Assembly: GCA_963826115.1 (NCBI GenBank)
Contig: CAWGVS010000005.1
Coordinates: 1,728,001-1,792,000, forward strand
Direction of reading: 5' to 3'
From: an uncultured Candidatus Rokubacteria bacterium
GTDB lineage: Bacteria > Methylomirabilota > Methylomirabilia > Rokubacteriales > DASRDR01
Length of the DNA stretch: 64,000 nucleotides
The notes below the pieces were generated by a model, which was given only the letters and a program-made list of their open reading frames with translations, had not been told where the DNA came from and searched no databases. The position numbers and the translations under genes were made by a program. This document shows, in pieces, positions 40,778 to 50,249 of the stretch; the first letter of the stretch is position 1, and every line of letters begins with the position of its first letter.

Positions 40778-41662
40778 ATGTCCTGCTGCGGGCCGAGCCG
40801 TCGCGCCGTCCTCAAGGGGCTCGCGCTCGCCGCCGTGCCGGCCGCGTCCCGCGGGGCGTCGGCCGCGGCGCCCTACGCGGGCCCCCTCATCGACGCCCAC
40901 TCGCACCTCAACTCGCCGGGCTCCATCGAGCCCCTGGTCGCCGCCATGGACCGGCACCGGATCGCGAAGGTCGCGCTCCTCGGGGTGGGCGGCGTCCAGA
41001 AGGACGACCCCGCGTGGATCACGAAGGCCGCCGAGCGGTTCCCCGACCGGGTCATCGCCGTCGCGCCGGTCCTCGATCCCCTGGCCCCGGACGCCGCGCG
41101 GCGCCTCGAGCAGGACCTCGCCACCGGCCGGTACCGGGGCGCCGGCGAGGTGCACGTCCACCAGGCGTCGCGCAACATCCGGCGCGCCATCGACTCGCCA
41201 CCCTTCCGGACGCTCCTCGACGTATGCGCCGGGCACGGCGCGCCGTTCGTGATCCACGACGAGCTGTCCGACGGCCTGGTCGCCGAGCTGGAGGGCGCGC
41301 TCGCCCAGAACCGGAAGGCGACCATCGTCCTGGCCCACGCGGGCAGCGCGGAGCCGGCGGTCCTCGCGGGGCTCCTCGCGCGCCACGAGAACCTCCACGT
41401 CGACCTCTCCGGCATGCACTTCCTGCGCACGCCGGCGCTGGCCACGGAGGCGGGGTCCCTCACGGCGGCGTGGCGGGGCCTGCTCACGGAGCGCGCCGAT
41501 CGGTTCCTGGCGGGGATCGACCTCTGGGCCCCGGCGCTCTTCGCGCCGGCGATGCTGGATCGGCTGATGACCTGGACCCGGCGGATCCTCGGGGAGATCC
41601 CGCCCGCCGCCGCCGAGCAGATCGCCCAGGCCAACGCGGCCCGGCTCTATCGCCTCCGGTAG
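40778..41662 (+). CDS. Tat-exported amidohydrolase family protein
   Basis: SRRAVLK Tat motif; IDAHSH, GEVH, IHDE, LAHAG, GID. Confidence 0.8.
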   Translation: MSCCGPSRRAVLKGLALAAVPAASRGASAAAPYAGPLIDAHSHLNSPGSIEPLVAAMDRHRIAKVALLGVGGVQKDDPAWITKAAERFPDRVIAVAPVLDPLAPDAARRLEQDLATGRYRGAGEVHVHQASRNIRRAIDSPPFRTLLDVCAGHGAPFVIHDELSDGLVAELEGALAQNRKATIVLAHAGSAEPAVLAGLLARHENLHVDLSGMHFLRTPALATEAGSLTAAWRGLLTERADRFLAGIDLWAPALFAPAMLDRLMTWTRRILGEIPPAAAEQIAQANAARLYRLR

Positions 41663-41684
41663 GCTCCCGTCGCGTCCGACGGGT

Positions 41685-42062
41685 TCAGGGACAGGCGCGC
41701 GCCGTCGCCGAGAGCGGGCCCACCTTCGTGTTCGCCGTGGCCACGGCCTCGACGCACAGGTTTCCCATCCCCGGGAGCCCGCTGACCTGCTCGGTGAGCT
41801 CGACCGAGTCCGCGTTGTCGAGGCAGCGCTCCTCGACCCGGTGGCCGATGCCCTTGACGCAGATCCGGTCCACGGCCATGCGCTGGGCGCCGGCCTGGTC
41901 GGACGTCGTGAAGGCTCGGAAGGTGCTGGTCTGCTCGCCCATCGCGGTCTTGGTGTCGACCGTGACCTGGATCCACGCGGTCCCCTGAGCGTCCGCGGTC
42001 CCCGCCCACGCGAGGACCAACCCCGCCAGCCAGATTCCTCCTGTCGAACGCGCCCACGCCAT
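41685..42062 (-). CDS. Hypothetical secreted protein with four Cys
   Basis: GGAGG RBS, signal peptide ending ADA, balanced composition. Confidence 0.6.
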   Translation of the reverse strand: MAWARSTGGIWLAGLVLAWAGTADAQGTAWIQVTVDTKTAMGEQTSTFRAFTTSDQAGAQRMAVDRICVKGIGHRVEERCLDNADSVELTEQVSGLPGMGNLCVEAVATANTKVGPLSATARACP

Positions 42063-42082
42063 GGCCTGCTTCCTCCCGCCGC

Positions 42083-43882
42083 TCAGCGGCTCTCGGTCGG
42101 CTCGTGGGCCAGGATGCCGGCCACCAGCCGCGTGATGTCGTCCACGTTGAAGGGTTTCGCCATCAGGTAATCGATCCCGCGCATCCGCGCCTCGCTGAAG
42201 TCGATCTGGTCGCCCCACCCCGTCACCAGCGCGATCGGCACCTTCGGCTGCGTAGCCCGAAGGCCCTTGGCGACCTCCCAGCCCGAGATCCCTGGCATCG
42301 AGAGGTCGACAAGGGCGAGGTCGAAGGGCGGGCCGTGGACGTGGGCGAGCGCCGCGGTGCCGTCCTCGCACGCGACCACCTCGTGCCCCTGCCCCGCGAG
42401 AACGTCCACCAGCACTTCGCGCACCGAGGGCTCGTCCTCGACCACCAGGATGCGCGCGCTGCGGCCCGCCCGCGGCGGCGGCAGCTCCGGCGGCGGCGGC
42501 GCCACCTCCGCGCCGACCGGGAGGCGCACCGTGAAGCGGCTCCCCTCGCCGGGACGGCTCCAGACCTCGATCTCACCTCCGTGGCGCGTCACGATGCCGT
42601 AGACGATGGACAGGCCGAGACCCGTCCCGTGCTCCGCCTTCGTGGTGAAGAAGGGCTCGAAGCACCGCTGGCGCACCGCCTCGCTCATGCCGACGCCGGT
42701 GTCGGCCACCACGCAGACCACGCGGTCGCCCTCGGCGCGGGTCGAGAACGTGAGGGTGCCCCCCTGCGGCATCGCGTCGAGGGCGTTGAACAGGAGGTTC
42801 AGGAACGTCTCGCGGAGCTCCGCCGGGTCGCCGGTCACCGGTGGCACCGGCGACAGGTCGAGCTTCATCGCGTAGGTCACGGCCCGCGCTTGCGCCTGGT
42901 CGCCCCAGCGCGGCCGGGTCGCCTCGACGACCTCGCGGACGACCTCGTTCACGTCCACGTGCTGCCAGGGGCGCGTGCGGCGCATCCGCGCGAACTCCTG
43001 GATGCGGCGGACCGTCTGGGCGCCGTCCTGGGCGACGTGCTCGATGATCTTGAGCTGGCGGCGCAGGTCGGGCGCGTCGATCTGGCGCTGCAGGAGCTGC
43101 GCGCGCCCGACCACCACCGCGAGGACGTTGTTGAAGTCGTGCGCGACGCCGCCCGCCATCTCGCCCAGCGCGCGGAGCCGCTCGGTCCGGATGATCCGCT
43201 GCTGGGACTCCTCCACCGTGGCGAGAGCGGCGCGAAGCTCGGCGTAGAGCCGGCTGTTCTCGAGCGCCACCGCGCCCTGCGCGGCCAGAACGATCGCCAG
43301 GTCCTGGGAGCGCGCCGAGAAGGGGACGGCGTTCCGAGCGATGTCGTCCGACGACGCGAAGCGGCGAGCCCGCTCGGGGCGGCGGTTCATGAGCTGGAGC
43401 ACACCCGTAACCTCGCCCTTCGGGGTCTTCATCGGGACCACCAGCATCGACTTCGTGCGGTAGCCGGTCTCTCCGTCGAGGCCGCGGTCGACCGTGAACG
43501 CGGACCCGGGCGGCGGCGCGTAGGCGTCCGGCAGGTTGATGACCTCGCCACTGAGCGCCGCGTAGCCGGCGACGCTCTGGGGCCCGATCTGGAGCGCGTG
43601 CTCCTTGACCGCGACCGGGAGGCTGTCGTGCTGGACGAGCGCGGATCGGAGGCAGCGCGTGCCGCTCGCGTCGGTGTCGACCAGGTACAGGGAGCCGGCG
43701 TCGCTCCAGGTGATCTCGCGGGCGTTCGTGAGGATGAGATCCAGGAGCGCGTCGGTCTCCCGCTCGGCCGCGAGCCGGACGCCGATCCCGATCAGCTCGC
43801 GGAGCTCCCGCGTCGCGCGCGCCAGGTCGGCCTTGGTGCGCTCGTGGGCGCGTGATAGCTCCTCGAATCCGCTCCCGCTCAT
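42083..43882 (-). CDS. GAF-domain hybrid histidine kinase (GAF-HisKA-HATPase-REC)
   Basis: YRTKSMLVVP GAF, AHDFNN, FFTTK..GTGLGL, ILVVEDE...DLSMP. Confidence 0.93.
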   Translation of the reverse strand: MSGSGFEELSRAHERTKADLARATRELRELIGIGVRLAAERETDALLDLILTNAREITWSDAGSLYLVDTDASGTRCLRSALVQHDSLPVAVKEHALQIGPQSVAGYAALSGEVINLPDAYAPPPGSAFTVDRGLDGETGYRTKSMLVVPMKTPKGEVTGVLQLMNRRPERARRFASSDDIARNAVPFSARSQDLAIVLAAQGAVALENSRLYAELRAALATVEESQQRIIRTERLRALGEMAGGVAHDFNNVLAVVVGRAQLLQRQIDAPDLRRQLKIIEHVAQDGAQTVRRIQEFARMRRTRPWQHVDVNEVVREVVEATRPRWGDQAQARAVTYAMKLDLSPVPPVTGDPAELRETFLNLLFNALDAMPQGGTLTFSTRAEGDRVVCVVADTGVGMSEAVRQRCFEPFFTTKAEHGTGLGLSIVYGIVTRHGGEIEVWSRPGEGSRFTVRLPVGAEVAPPPPELPPPRAGRSARILVVEDEPSVREVLVDVLAGQGHEVVACEDGTAALAHVHGPPFDLALVDLSMPGISGWEVAKGLRATQPKVPIALVTGWGDQIDFSEARMRGIDYLMAKPFNVDDITRLVAGILAHEPTESR

Positions 43883-43888
43883 CGCACT

Positions 43889-43918
43889 ACGGTAGGGAGC
43901 CGACCATCATCCTGTCAA
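43889..43918 (-). promoter_or_regulatory. Sigma70-type promoter, probably leaderless
   Basis: Minus strand TTGACA-N18-TACCGT, 6 nt before ATG 43882. Confidence 0.55.
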
Positions 43919-43942
43919 CGGCCCCGCCCCGGCGCGCCGGGG

Positions 43943-44551
43943 TCATCGCCAGGCGAGGGCGGCGACGCCGAACGCGAACAGGACCAGGCCGGAGACGCGG
44001 TTGACCCAGCGCAGGGCGCCGAGGTCGAGGCGCGACCGGAGGGCGCCGACCACGCCGCTCAGGATGAGCCACCAGGCCGCGGAGCCCAGAAACACGCCGG
44101 CGACGAGCACCGTCGCCTCCCGCCAGCTCCCCGCCCCCGCGATCCCCAGGCCGGCGAAGACGGCAACGAAGGACAGGATGGTCGCGGGGTTCGCGAGCGT
44201 GAGCCCGAAGGTCGCCGTGAACGCGCCCAGGAGGCCGACTCCGCCCGCGCGCGCGGCCTGCTCGGCCGGTCGGGCGAAGAACGTGCGCAGGCCGAGGTAG
44301 CACAGGAACAGCCCGCCCACGAGGCGGAGGATCCCCTGCTGTCGGACCAGGAGGGCGGAGACGGCGGTCAGACCGAAGCCGGCGACGGCCCCGTAGACCG
44401 CGTCCGCCGCCGCGGCGCCGAGCCCCACCGCCAGACCCGTCACCCGGCCGTCGGCGAGCGTGCGACGGATGCACAGGACGCCGATCGGGCCCACGGGCGC
44501 CGCGATCGAGAATCCGATGACGAGGCCGCGCACGAGCGTGTCGACGCCCAT
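43943..44551 (-). CDS. LysE family translocator
   Basis: IAAPVGPIGVLCIRRTL, LTLANP. Confidence 0.9.
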   Translation of the reverse strand: MGVDTLVRGLVIGFSIAAPVGPIGVLCIRRTLADGRVTGLAVGLGAAAADAVYGAVAGFGLTAVSALLVRQQGILRLVGGLFLCYLGLRTFFARPAEQAARAGGVGLLGAFTATFGLTLANPATILSFVAVFAGLGIAGAGSWREATVLVAGVFLGSAAWWLILSGVVGALRSRLDLGALRWVNRVSGLVLFAFGVAALAWR

Positions 44552-44558
44552 CGGCGGC

Positions 44559-44954
44559 TCAGGCGGCCGCGCCGACGGTCGGCGTGATCCGGATGAGGAC
44601 GCTCCGGCGGTCCGCGAGGCGCCGCCGGATGAAGTGCCCCATGAACAGGGGGACGAGGAGCCAGTACTTCCGGCGGTACGCGCGAAGGAGCGCGCTCTCG
44701 ATCTCGGGATGCTCGTCCATCCACTCCGCCCGACCCTCGAAGCGCGGCCCGTCCTTCGTGCCGACGCGGACGGTCACGCGGCCCGTCTCGAGGATCCGGC
44801 GCGCCTTCAGGCTCTGTCGCTCCGTCGTGAAGTACGCGGCGGTTCCGTCGTACCAGCACCAGATCGGCACGGTGCCCGACCGGCCGGACGCGCCGTAGGT
44901 CGTCACGTAGAGGTAGTTCGCGCGGCGGAGGGCCGCGTCGAGGGTCGGATCCAT
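44559..44954 (-). CDS. PNPOx-like split-barrel (flavin/F420-binding) protein
   Basis: YVTTYGASG...VPIW, K.RRI....RVTV, YRRKY. Confidence 0.72.
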   Translation of the reverse strand: MDPTLDAALRRANYLYVTTYGASGRSGTVPIWCWYDGTAAYFTTERQSLKARRILETGRVTVRVGTKDGPRFEGRAEWMDEHPEIESALLRAYRRKYWLLVPLFMGHFIRRRLADRRSVLIRITPTVGAAA

Positions 44955-44981
44955 GCGAGAATTCTACGGCAGGAGACCACG

Positions 44982-46016
44982 ATGAGCGAGACCAGCGGCG
45001 CGCCGGGGCGTTCCAGGACGAGAGCCCCGCTCCGCCTGCCCCACGCGACCGGCGTCGAGCGAGCGCGGGCGGCGCTCCGCGCCCACCTCCCCGAGACGCC
45101 GCTCGTCCGCTCGGAGCTTCTCTCCCGCGCGCTCGACGCCGAGGTCTGGCTCAAGAACGAGACGGTGAGCCCGATCGCGTCCTTCAAGCTGCGGGGCGCT
45201 CTCACCGCGCTCCTTCGGGCGCGCGAGACCCGGGGCGCCGTGGACGCGGTGACCTCGTCGACGGGCAACCACGGACAAGGCGTGGCGTACGCCGCGCGGG
45301 CCACGGGAGTCGCAGCCCACGTCTTCCTCCCGGTGGGCGCCAATCCCGTCAAGCGGCGCATGATCGAGGCGCTTGGCGCGACGATCCACGAAGGCGGCGC
45401 CGACCTGGACGAGGCCAAGAACGACGCCCAGAGCTTCTGCGAGGCGCGAGGCCTCCTCTTCGTCGACGACGGCGAGAGCCTCGACGTCATGGAGGGCGCG
45501 GGGACCGTCGGCCTGGAGGTCGCTGAGCGCCTCCAGGACGTGGACGTCTTCTTCGTGCCGATGGGCAGCGGCACGCTGGCGGTCGGCTGCGCGGTCGGGC
45601 TCAAGAGCCTCCAGTCTCGGGCGCGCGTCGTGGCGGTCCAGTCGTCCGGCTCCCCGGCCATGGTCGAGAGCTTCCGCGCCCACCGCGCGATCGAGCGCCC
45701 CATCGACACGGTGGCCGACGGGCTCGTGTGCCGCGTCCCGGCGCGTCTCGCGCTCGAGGGCCTGTGGACCTGGGTGGACGACGCCGTCACCGTGCCCGAC
45801 GCGACCATGCTCCGGGCCATGCGTGCCCTCGTCGAGCACGGCCACGTCCTCGTCGAGCCGGCGGGCGCCGCCGCGCTGGCCGCCGCCTGGGCGCATCGCG
45901 CCGACCTGCGTGGGCGGCGCGTGGTCCTGGTGCTGACCGGCGCCAACGTGACGATGCCGCTCCTCGAGCAGGCGCTCGCGAGCCCGCCTCTCTTCGATCC
46001 CGCCGGGCCCGCCTGA
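44982..46016 (+). CDS. PLP-dependent threonine/serine dehydratase family protein
   Basis: SFKLRG, STGNHGQG, PMGSGTL, EPAGA, LTGAN. Confidence 0.9.
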   Translation: MSETSGAPGRSRTRAPLRLPHATGVERARAALRAHLPETPLVRSELLSRALDAEVWLKNETVSPIASFKLRGALTALLRARETRGAVDAVTSSTGNHGQGVAYAARATGVAAHVFLPVGANPVKRRMIEALGATIHEGGADLDEAKNDAQSFCEARGLLFVDDGESLDVMEGAGTVGLEVAERLQDVDVFFVPMGSGTLAVGCAVGLKSLQSRARVVAVQSSGSPAMVESFRAHRAIERPIDTVADGLVCRVPARLALEGLWTWVDDAVTVPDATMLRAMRALVEHGHVLVEPAGAAALAAAWAHRADLRGRRVVLVLTGANVTMPLLEQALASPPLFDPAGPA

Positions 46017-46037
46017 GCGCGGATCTCGCCGGCGCCG

Positions 46038-46730
46038 TCAGGCGCCAGGCTTCCGGCAGACGTACAGGACGTGCGGGTACGGGAGGACGTCCACCATCGC
46101 GTGCCGGGCCACGCGGAACCCCGTTTCCTCGAGCGCCGCCTGGAGCGCGTCGGCCGCCCAGTAGTGCGGAGGGCTCCCCGGGCTCACCAGAAGGTCGAGC
46201 GCGTGGGTGAACCAGCGCTTGTACGCCGGCCGCGAGTCCACGTCCTTCACGAGGAGGCGGCCGCCGGGCGACAGCGCGGCATGCAGCTCGCCGAGCAGCG
46301 GCCGGACCGCGGCCGGCTCGACGTGGTGGACGATGTCCAGCATGTAGGCGCCCGCGTACTCGCGGCGCGCGCGGAAGTCCCGCGCGTCGCCGACCGCGTA
46401 CTGGACGTTGCCGAGCCCTAGGCGCCGGCCTGCCTCCCGCGCGAGGCCGACGCGGCGCGCGTCCAGGTCGAGACCGTGGAAGCTCACGCGCGGCAGGAGC
46501 TGGGCGTAGTAGAGGGAGAAGAGGCCGAAGCCGCACCCGACGTCCAGCACGTCGCCGGACGGCGGCAGGTACTGGCCGATCTCGTCGAGGAAGCGCTGCC
46601 GGAGGATCAGGAAGCGCGCCCGCGAGTAGGTGCGGATCACCCAGTCGTCGTAGGCGTCGACGACTCGGGCGATCGCGTCGCGACCTTCCCTACCGGGCCG
46701 GTGCCCGGCCGACGTAGAGCCGGTAGCCAT
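46038..46730 (-). CDS. Class I SAM-dependent methyltransferase
   Basis: VLDVGCGFG, DIVHH, LSPGG; start uncertain. Confidence 0.85.
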   Translation of the reverse strand: MATGSTSAGHRPGREGRDAIARVVDAYDDWVIRTYSRARFLILRQRFLDEIGQYLPPSGDVLDVGCGFGLFSLYYAQLLPRVSFHGLDLDARRVGLAREAGRRLGLGNVQYAVGDARDFRARREYAGAYMLDIVHHVEPAAVRPLLGELHAALSPGGRLLVKDVDSRPAYKRWFTHALDLLVSPGSPPHYWAADALQAALEETGFRVARHAMVDVLPYPHVLYVCRKPGA

Positions 46731-48219
46731 CCCCCTCCTCCGCGAGACGGTAGCCGTCCAGGAGCCAGCGCCGGAGCTCGGGGAAGCCGTCCAGGCGCTC
46801 GTAGCCCCCCGCCGGCCATCCCACCTCGAACAGCGCGACGGCCGCCGGCGGGCGCGCCCGCAGCGCGTCCATCAGCTCGGCGCGCAGGCGCTGCACGTAA
46901 GGATGACCCACGTCGTGGTAGAAGTGGAAGTCGTAGATGAACCGGCTCGGCTCCCGGGCGCGGGCCATGAGGAGCGCGTGCACCCCGCCCTCCGCGGTGT
47001 CCAGGACCTGGACCGTTCCCCCGGCCGCGATGAGCGGCCGGAGCGCGTCCGTCAGGCGCTCGACGCGCGCGAGCTTCGTGGCGATCCACTCGGGATCGAG
47101 ATTGCGGTGCCCCTTCGACCAGAGTGGCCCCGCGGTCCCGGCCAGGGCCAGGACCAGCGCGAGGGTCAACGCCCGGCGCCGATCCTTCACGGCGGCGCCG
47201 AGCCCGGCGCCGCCGAGCGCGGTCGCGAAGAGCGCCAGTGGGTAGAGGTGGTACTCCCATCCGCGTCCCTGCGCCCAGAAGTGCGCCGCCCCGTACGCGA
47301 GGCCGACGCCGAGGACGCCGAGGGCCGGCCACCGGCGCCCGCGGACGAGCGCGACGATCCCGAGCGCCGACCAGGCCGCCAGGCCGACCAGGACGCCTCG
47401 CCCGTAGTCGCGCGCCGCGATCTCGTGGAGGAGGTCGTTCCGCCCCACCCGGCTGTAGAGCGGGATCAGGTAGCGGAGCGTGATGTCCGCGAAGGCGCCG
47501 AGGCCGCCGGTCCACGCGAGCCAGGCGAGCGTCGCCAGGCCGGGCAGCGCCACGCCGAGGACGACCACGCCGACCGCGCGTGCCCGGGACGGCCCGCGGT
47601 GCGCCCACCACGTCCACGCGACGAGGACCAACGCCGCCACGCCGGCGTGAGGTTTGACCCACGCGCCGGCCCCGAGGGACAGCGCCGCGACGGCAAGCCA
47701 TCGCGTTCGCGCGGGATCGGCCGACCGGGCGGCAGCGAGGATCCCCGCCGCGCCCCACGCGAGGCACACGCAGAGCAGGAGGTCGCGCTGGCCGGCGAGC
47801 CACGGGCCGCCCGCCAGGTGATACAGGGAGAAGAGCGCCGCCGCGGCGAGGCCCCCCGGCCCGCGCAGCGCACACGCCAGCCCGGCTCCGATGGCCAGGA
47901 GCATCGTGAGGTCGAACGCGCGAAACGCCGCCGCGCCCGGCCCCAGCGTGAGGAGGAGCAGCAGGTGCGCCAGGTAGGCGCCGGGGAAGTTCATGTCGAA
48001 CAGGTCGCGATACGGCGTGGCGCCATCGAGGATGCGCCACGCCACGTAGTGCATGATCGGGGCGTCGTGGGCGAGCGGCCAGCCGCGCGAGAGCCACACG
48101 AGCCGAAGGACGCCGAGGGCGACCAGAACTCCCGCCGAGCCGGCGACCGCCGCGAGCCCTCGGGCTCGGCGGGGGACTGAGGCGACGGGCACGGGGGGAC
48201 GGGCGGGCTTCGTGAACAC
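46690..48219 (-). CDS. Polytopic GT-C (ArnT/PMT-like) membrane glycosyltransferase
   Basis: HD...GATPYRDLFDMNFPG first-loop motif, about 11 TM segments, soluble C-terminal domain. Confidence 0.7.
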   Translation of the reverse strand: MFTKPARPPVPVASVPRRARGLAAVAGSAGVLVALGVLRLVWLSRGWPLAHDAPIMHYVAWRILDGATPYRDLFDMNFPGAYLAHLLLLLTLGPGAAAFRAFDLTMLLAIGAGLACALRGPGGLAAAALFSLYHLAGGPWLAGQRDLLLCVCLAWGAAGILAAARSADPARTRWLAVAALSLGAGAWVKPHAGVAALVLVAWTWWAHRGPSRARAVGVVVLGVALPGLATLAWLAWTGGLGAFADITLRYLIPLYSRVGRNDLLHEIAARDYGRGVLVGLAAWSALGIVALVRGRRWPALGVLGVGLAYGAAHFWAQGRGWEYHLYPLALFATALGGAGLGAAVKDRRRALTLALVLALAGTAGPLWSKGHRNLDPEWIATKLARVERLTDALRPLIAAGGTVQVLDTAEGGVHALLMARAREPSRFIYDFHFYHDVGHPYVQRLRAELMDALRARPPAAVALFEVGWPAGGYERLDGFPELRRWLLDGYRLAEEGDGYRLYVGRAPAR

Positions 48220-48254
48220 CGTGTCGGGGCGCCCCCGGAGAGCGGCGCGGAGGG

Positions 48255-48283
48255 AGTGTGGCGCTGCCTCCGGCAGGTGTCAA
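48255..48283 (-). promoter_or_regulatory. Sigma70-type promoter for the GT-C/methyltransferase pair
   Basis: Minus strand TTGACA-N17-CACACT. Confidence 0.5.
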
Positions 48284-48348
48284 GCGACGCGCCCGGGACG
48301 ACGGCCAGACGGTGGGCAGGGCCCTCGCGTTGTGAGAGGGTAAGGCCC

Positions 48349-49116
48349 ATGGCGACCATCGTGTGGCTCAAGCTCCTGCTGGCGCCGCTCCTGATCCTCG
48401 TCGCCACGCTGGCCGGGCGCCGGTGGGGGCCCGCGGTCGGCGGATGGCTCGCGGGGCTCCCGCTGACCTCGGGCCCCGTGTCCTTCATCCTCGCGCTCGA
48501 GGAGGGTCCCGACTTCGCCGCGCGCGCGGCGCTCGGCACGCTGTTCGGCCTGATCTCGCTCGCCGCGTTCTCCTTCGCCTACGGGATCGCGGCGAGGCGA
48601 ACGGGATGGCTCGGCTGCCTGGGCGCGGCCATGGGCGCGTTCGCGCTGTCGACGGTAGTGTTCCACGGCGTGACGCTCCCGCTCTGGGGCGCGTTCGTCC
48701 TCGTGTGGGCGGTCCTTGCCGGCGTCGGCGCCGCCATGGCCGGCGACGAGCGGCCGCGTCCCCCTCGCCGGCTCGTCCCGGGAGATCTGGCGATGCGCAT
48801 GGGGCTGGCCGCCCTGCTGGTCCTCGTCCTGACCTCGATTGCCACGGCGCTCGGGCCCCGGCTCGCGGGGAGCCTCACGCCCATCCCGGTGTTCGGGGCG
48901 CTCCTCGCCGTCTTCGCGCATCGCGACCAGGGACCCGGCGCCGCGGTGCAGCTCCTCCGCGGCATGGTGCTGGGCTCCTTCGGCTTCGCGACCTTCATGC
49001 TGCTCGTGGGAAGCCTCCTCGATCGCCTCGCGGTGCCGCCGACCTATGCGCTCGCCTCGGCCGGCGCGCTCGGCGTCCACGGGCTCACGCTCGCCGTCGT
49101 CCGGCGCGTGATCTGA
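48349..49116 (+). CDS. Hypothetical membrane protein with two repeated halves
   Basis: RRWGP.VGG.LAGLP and ALGP.LAG.LTPIP repeats; about 8 TM segments. Confidence 0.75.
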   Translation: MATIVWLKLLLAPLLILVATLAGRRWGPAVGGWLAGLPLTSGPVSFILALEEGPDFAARAALGTLFGLISLAAFSFAYGIAARRTGWLGCLGAAMGAFALSTVVFHGVTLPLWGAFVLVWAVLAGVGAAMAGDERPRPPRRLVPGDLAMRMGLAALLVLVLTSIATALGPRLAGSLTPIPVFGALLAVFAHRDQGPGAAVQLLRGMVLGSFGFATFMLLVGSLLDRLAVPPTYALASAGALGVHGLTLAVVRRVI

Positions 49117-49125
49117 TCGCCGAGG

Positions 49126-49614
49126 TTGCGTGCCGTGACCGTTTCGGCCTCGCTCCTCGCGCGCCTCGACACCCAGCTCGATGCGCTCGACCTCGTCCTC
49201 GGACTGGCGAACGAGGAGGCCCTGGATCGGCGGCCACGGCCCGACGAGTGGTCCGCGCGGGAGAACCTCGCTCACCTGGCCCGTCACCACGCGGTCTTTC
49301 TCGACCGCCTGCGACGGCTCCTGACGGAGGACCGCCCGTCTCTCGGCCGCTATCGCGCCGAGGAGGACCCGGAGTGGCCCGCGTGGGCAGCGCTCCCCCG
49401 GGCCGAGCTACTCGGCCGGCTCCGGGCGCTCCGCGCGGAGCTCTGCCGCCTGGTGCGCGAGCTGTCCGCGGCCGATTGCGCGCGCACGGGCCTCCACCCG
49501 ACGTTCGGCGAGATGAACGTGGCCGGATGGCTCCAGTTCTTCCTGCTCCACGAGGCCCACCACCTCTACACGGCCCTCGTACGCGTGGGCGAGGCGCGGC
49601 GGCGGGAGCGCTAG
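49126..49614 (+). CDS. DinB family protein
   Basis: WSARENLAHL and HEAHH metal-binding triad; start may be GTG 49135. Confidence 0.85.
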   Translation: MRAVTVSASLLARLDTQLDALDLVLGLANEEALDRRPRPDEWSARENLAHLARHHAVFLDRLRRLLTEDRPSLGRYRAEEDPEWPAWAALPRAELLGRLRALRAELCRLVRELSAADCARTGLHPTFGEMNVAGWLQFFLLHEAHHLYTALVRVGEARRRER

Positions 49615-49642
49615 ACCCGGACGACTCCCGAGGGCCAGCCCG

Positions 49643-50212
49643 TCAGGGCGTGGTGTGGCCACCGTGGCCCGAGTGGCCGGCGGGAGCCGGAGGTGACGCG
49701 GTCGACGGCACCGCCGCGGTCGGCGGCCGGAGCTGGCGGAGGTAGGCGACGAGGTCGATCGCCTCCTGCACGGTCAAGGACTCGCCGTACGACGGCATCT
49801 TGGAGGACCCGTCCGCCGCGGCGTAGCCTCGGTTCCGCTCGACCACCGCGCTCGGGTTGATGATCGACTCCGCGAAGAACTCAGGCGGGTGGAGCGGTCC
49901 CATCTGTGAGAGCTCGGGGCCCGCGCGCCCCGGGTCGTTCGGCGCCGGGAACCCCTCGCCACGCACCTCGTGACAGCCGTAGCACTCGAGCTTCCGGAAC
50001 ACTTCGCGGCCCTTCGCCGGATCGCCCTTGGGCAGCGTGAATCGCCATCCCTTCGGAGTGCCGTGCACGTGGGGCGGCGCGGGCGACGCCGGGCGGGCGG
50101 GCCCGGACGGAGCCGACTGCGCGTCGGCCTGGCGGATCAGGTATGCGGCGGTCGCGCCGACCGCCAGCCCGGCCAGCGCCACGGCGATCGCGAGTGGCCG
50201 CGCGAGGGCCAT
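49643..50212 (-). CDS. Monoheme c-type cytochrome (SoxX-like fold)
   Basis: N-terminal TM/signal, GDPAKGREVF, CYGCH, GPEL, SKMP; His-rich tail. Confidence 0.85.
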   Translation of the reverse strand: MALARPLAIAVALAGLAVGATAAYLIRQADAQSAPSGPARPASPAPPHVHGTPKGWRFTLPKGDPAKGREVFRKLECYGCHEVRGEGFPAPNDPGRAGPELSQMGPLHPPEFFAESIINPSAVVERNRGYAAADGSSKMPSYGESLTVQEAIDLVAYLRQLRPPTAAVPSTASPPAPAGHSGHGGHTTP

Positions 50213-50249
50213 GCGACCGATTGTACCCGATGCGTCGAGAGCGGCCGGC

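Noticed and set aside
49643-50212. Sox sulfur-oxidation system
   Set aside because: Only a SoxX-like fold; no soxA/Y/Z/B in the window.
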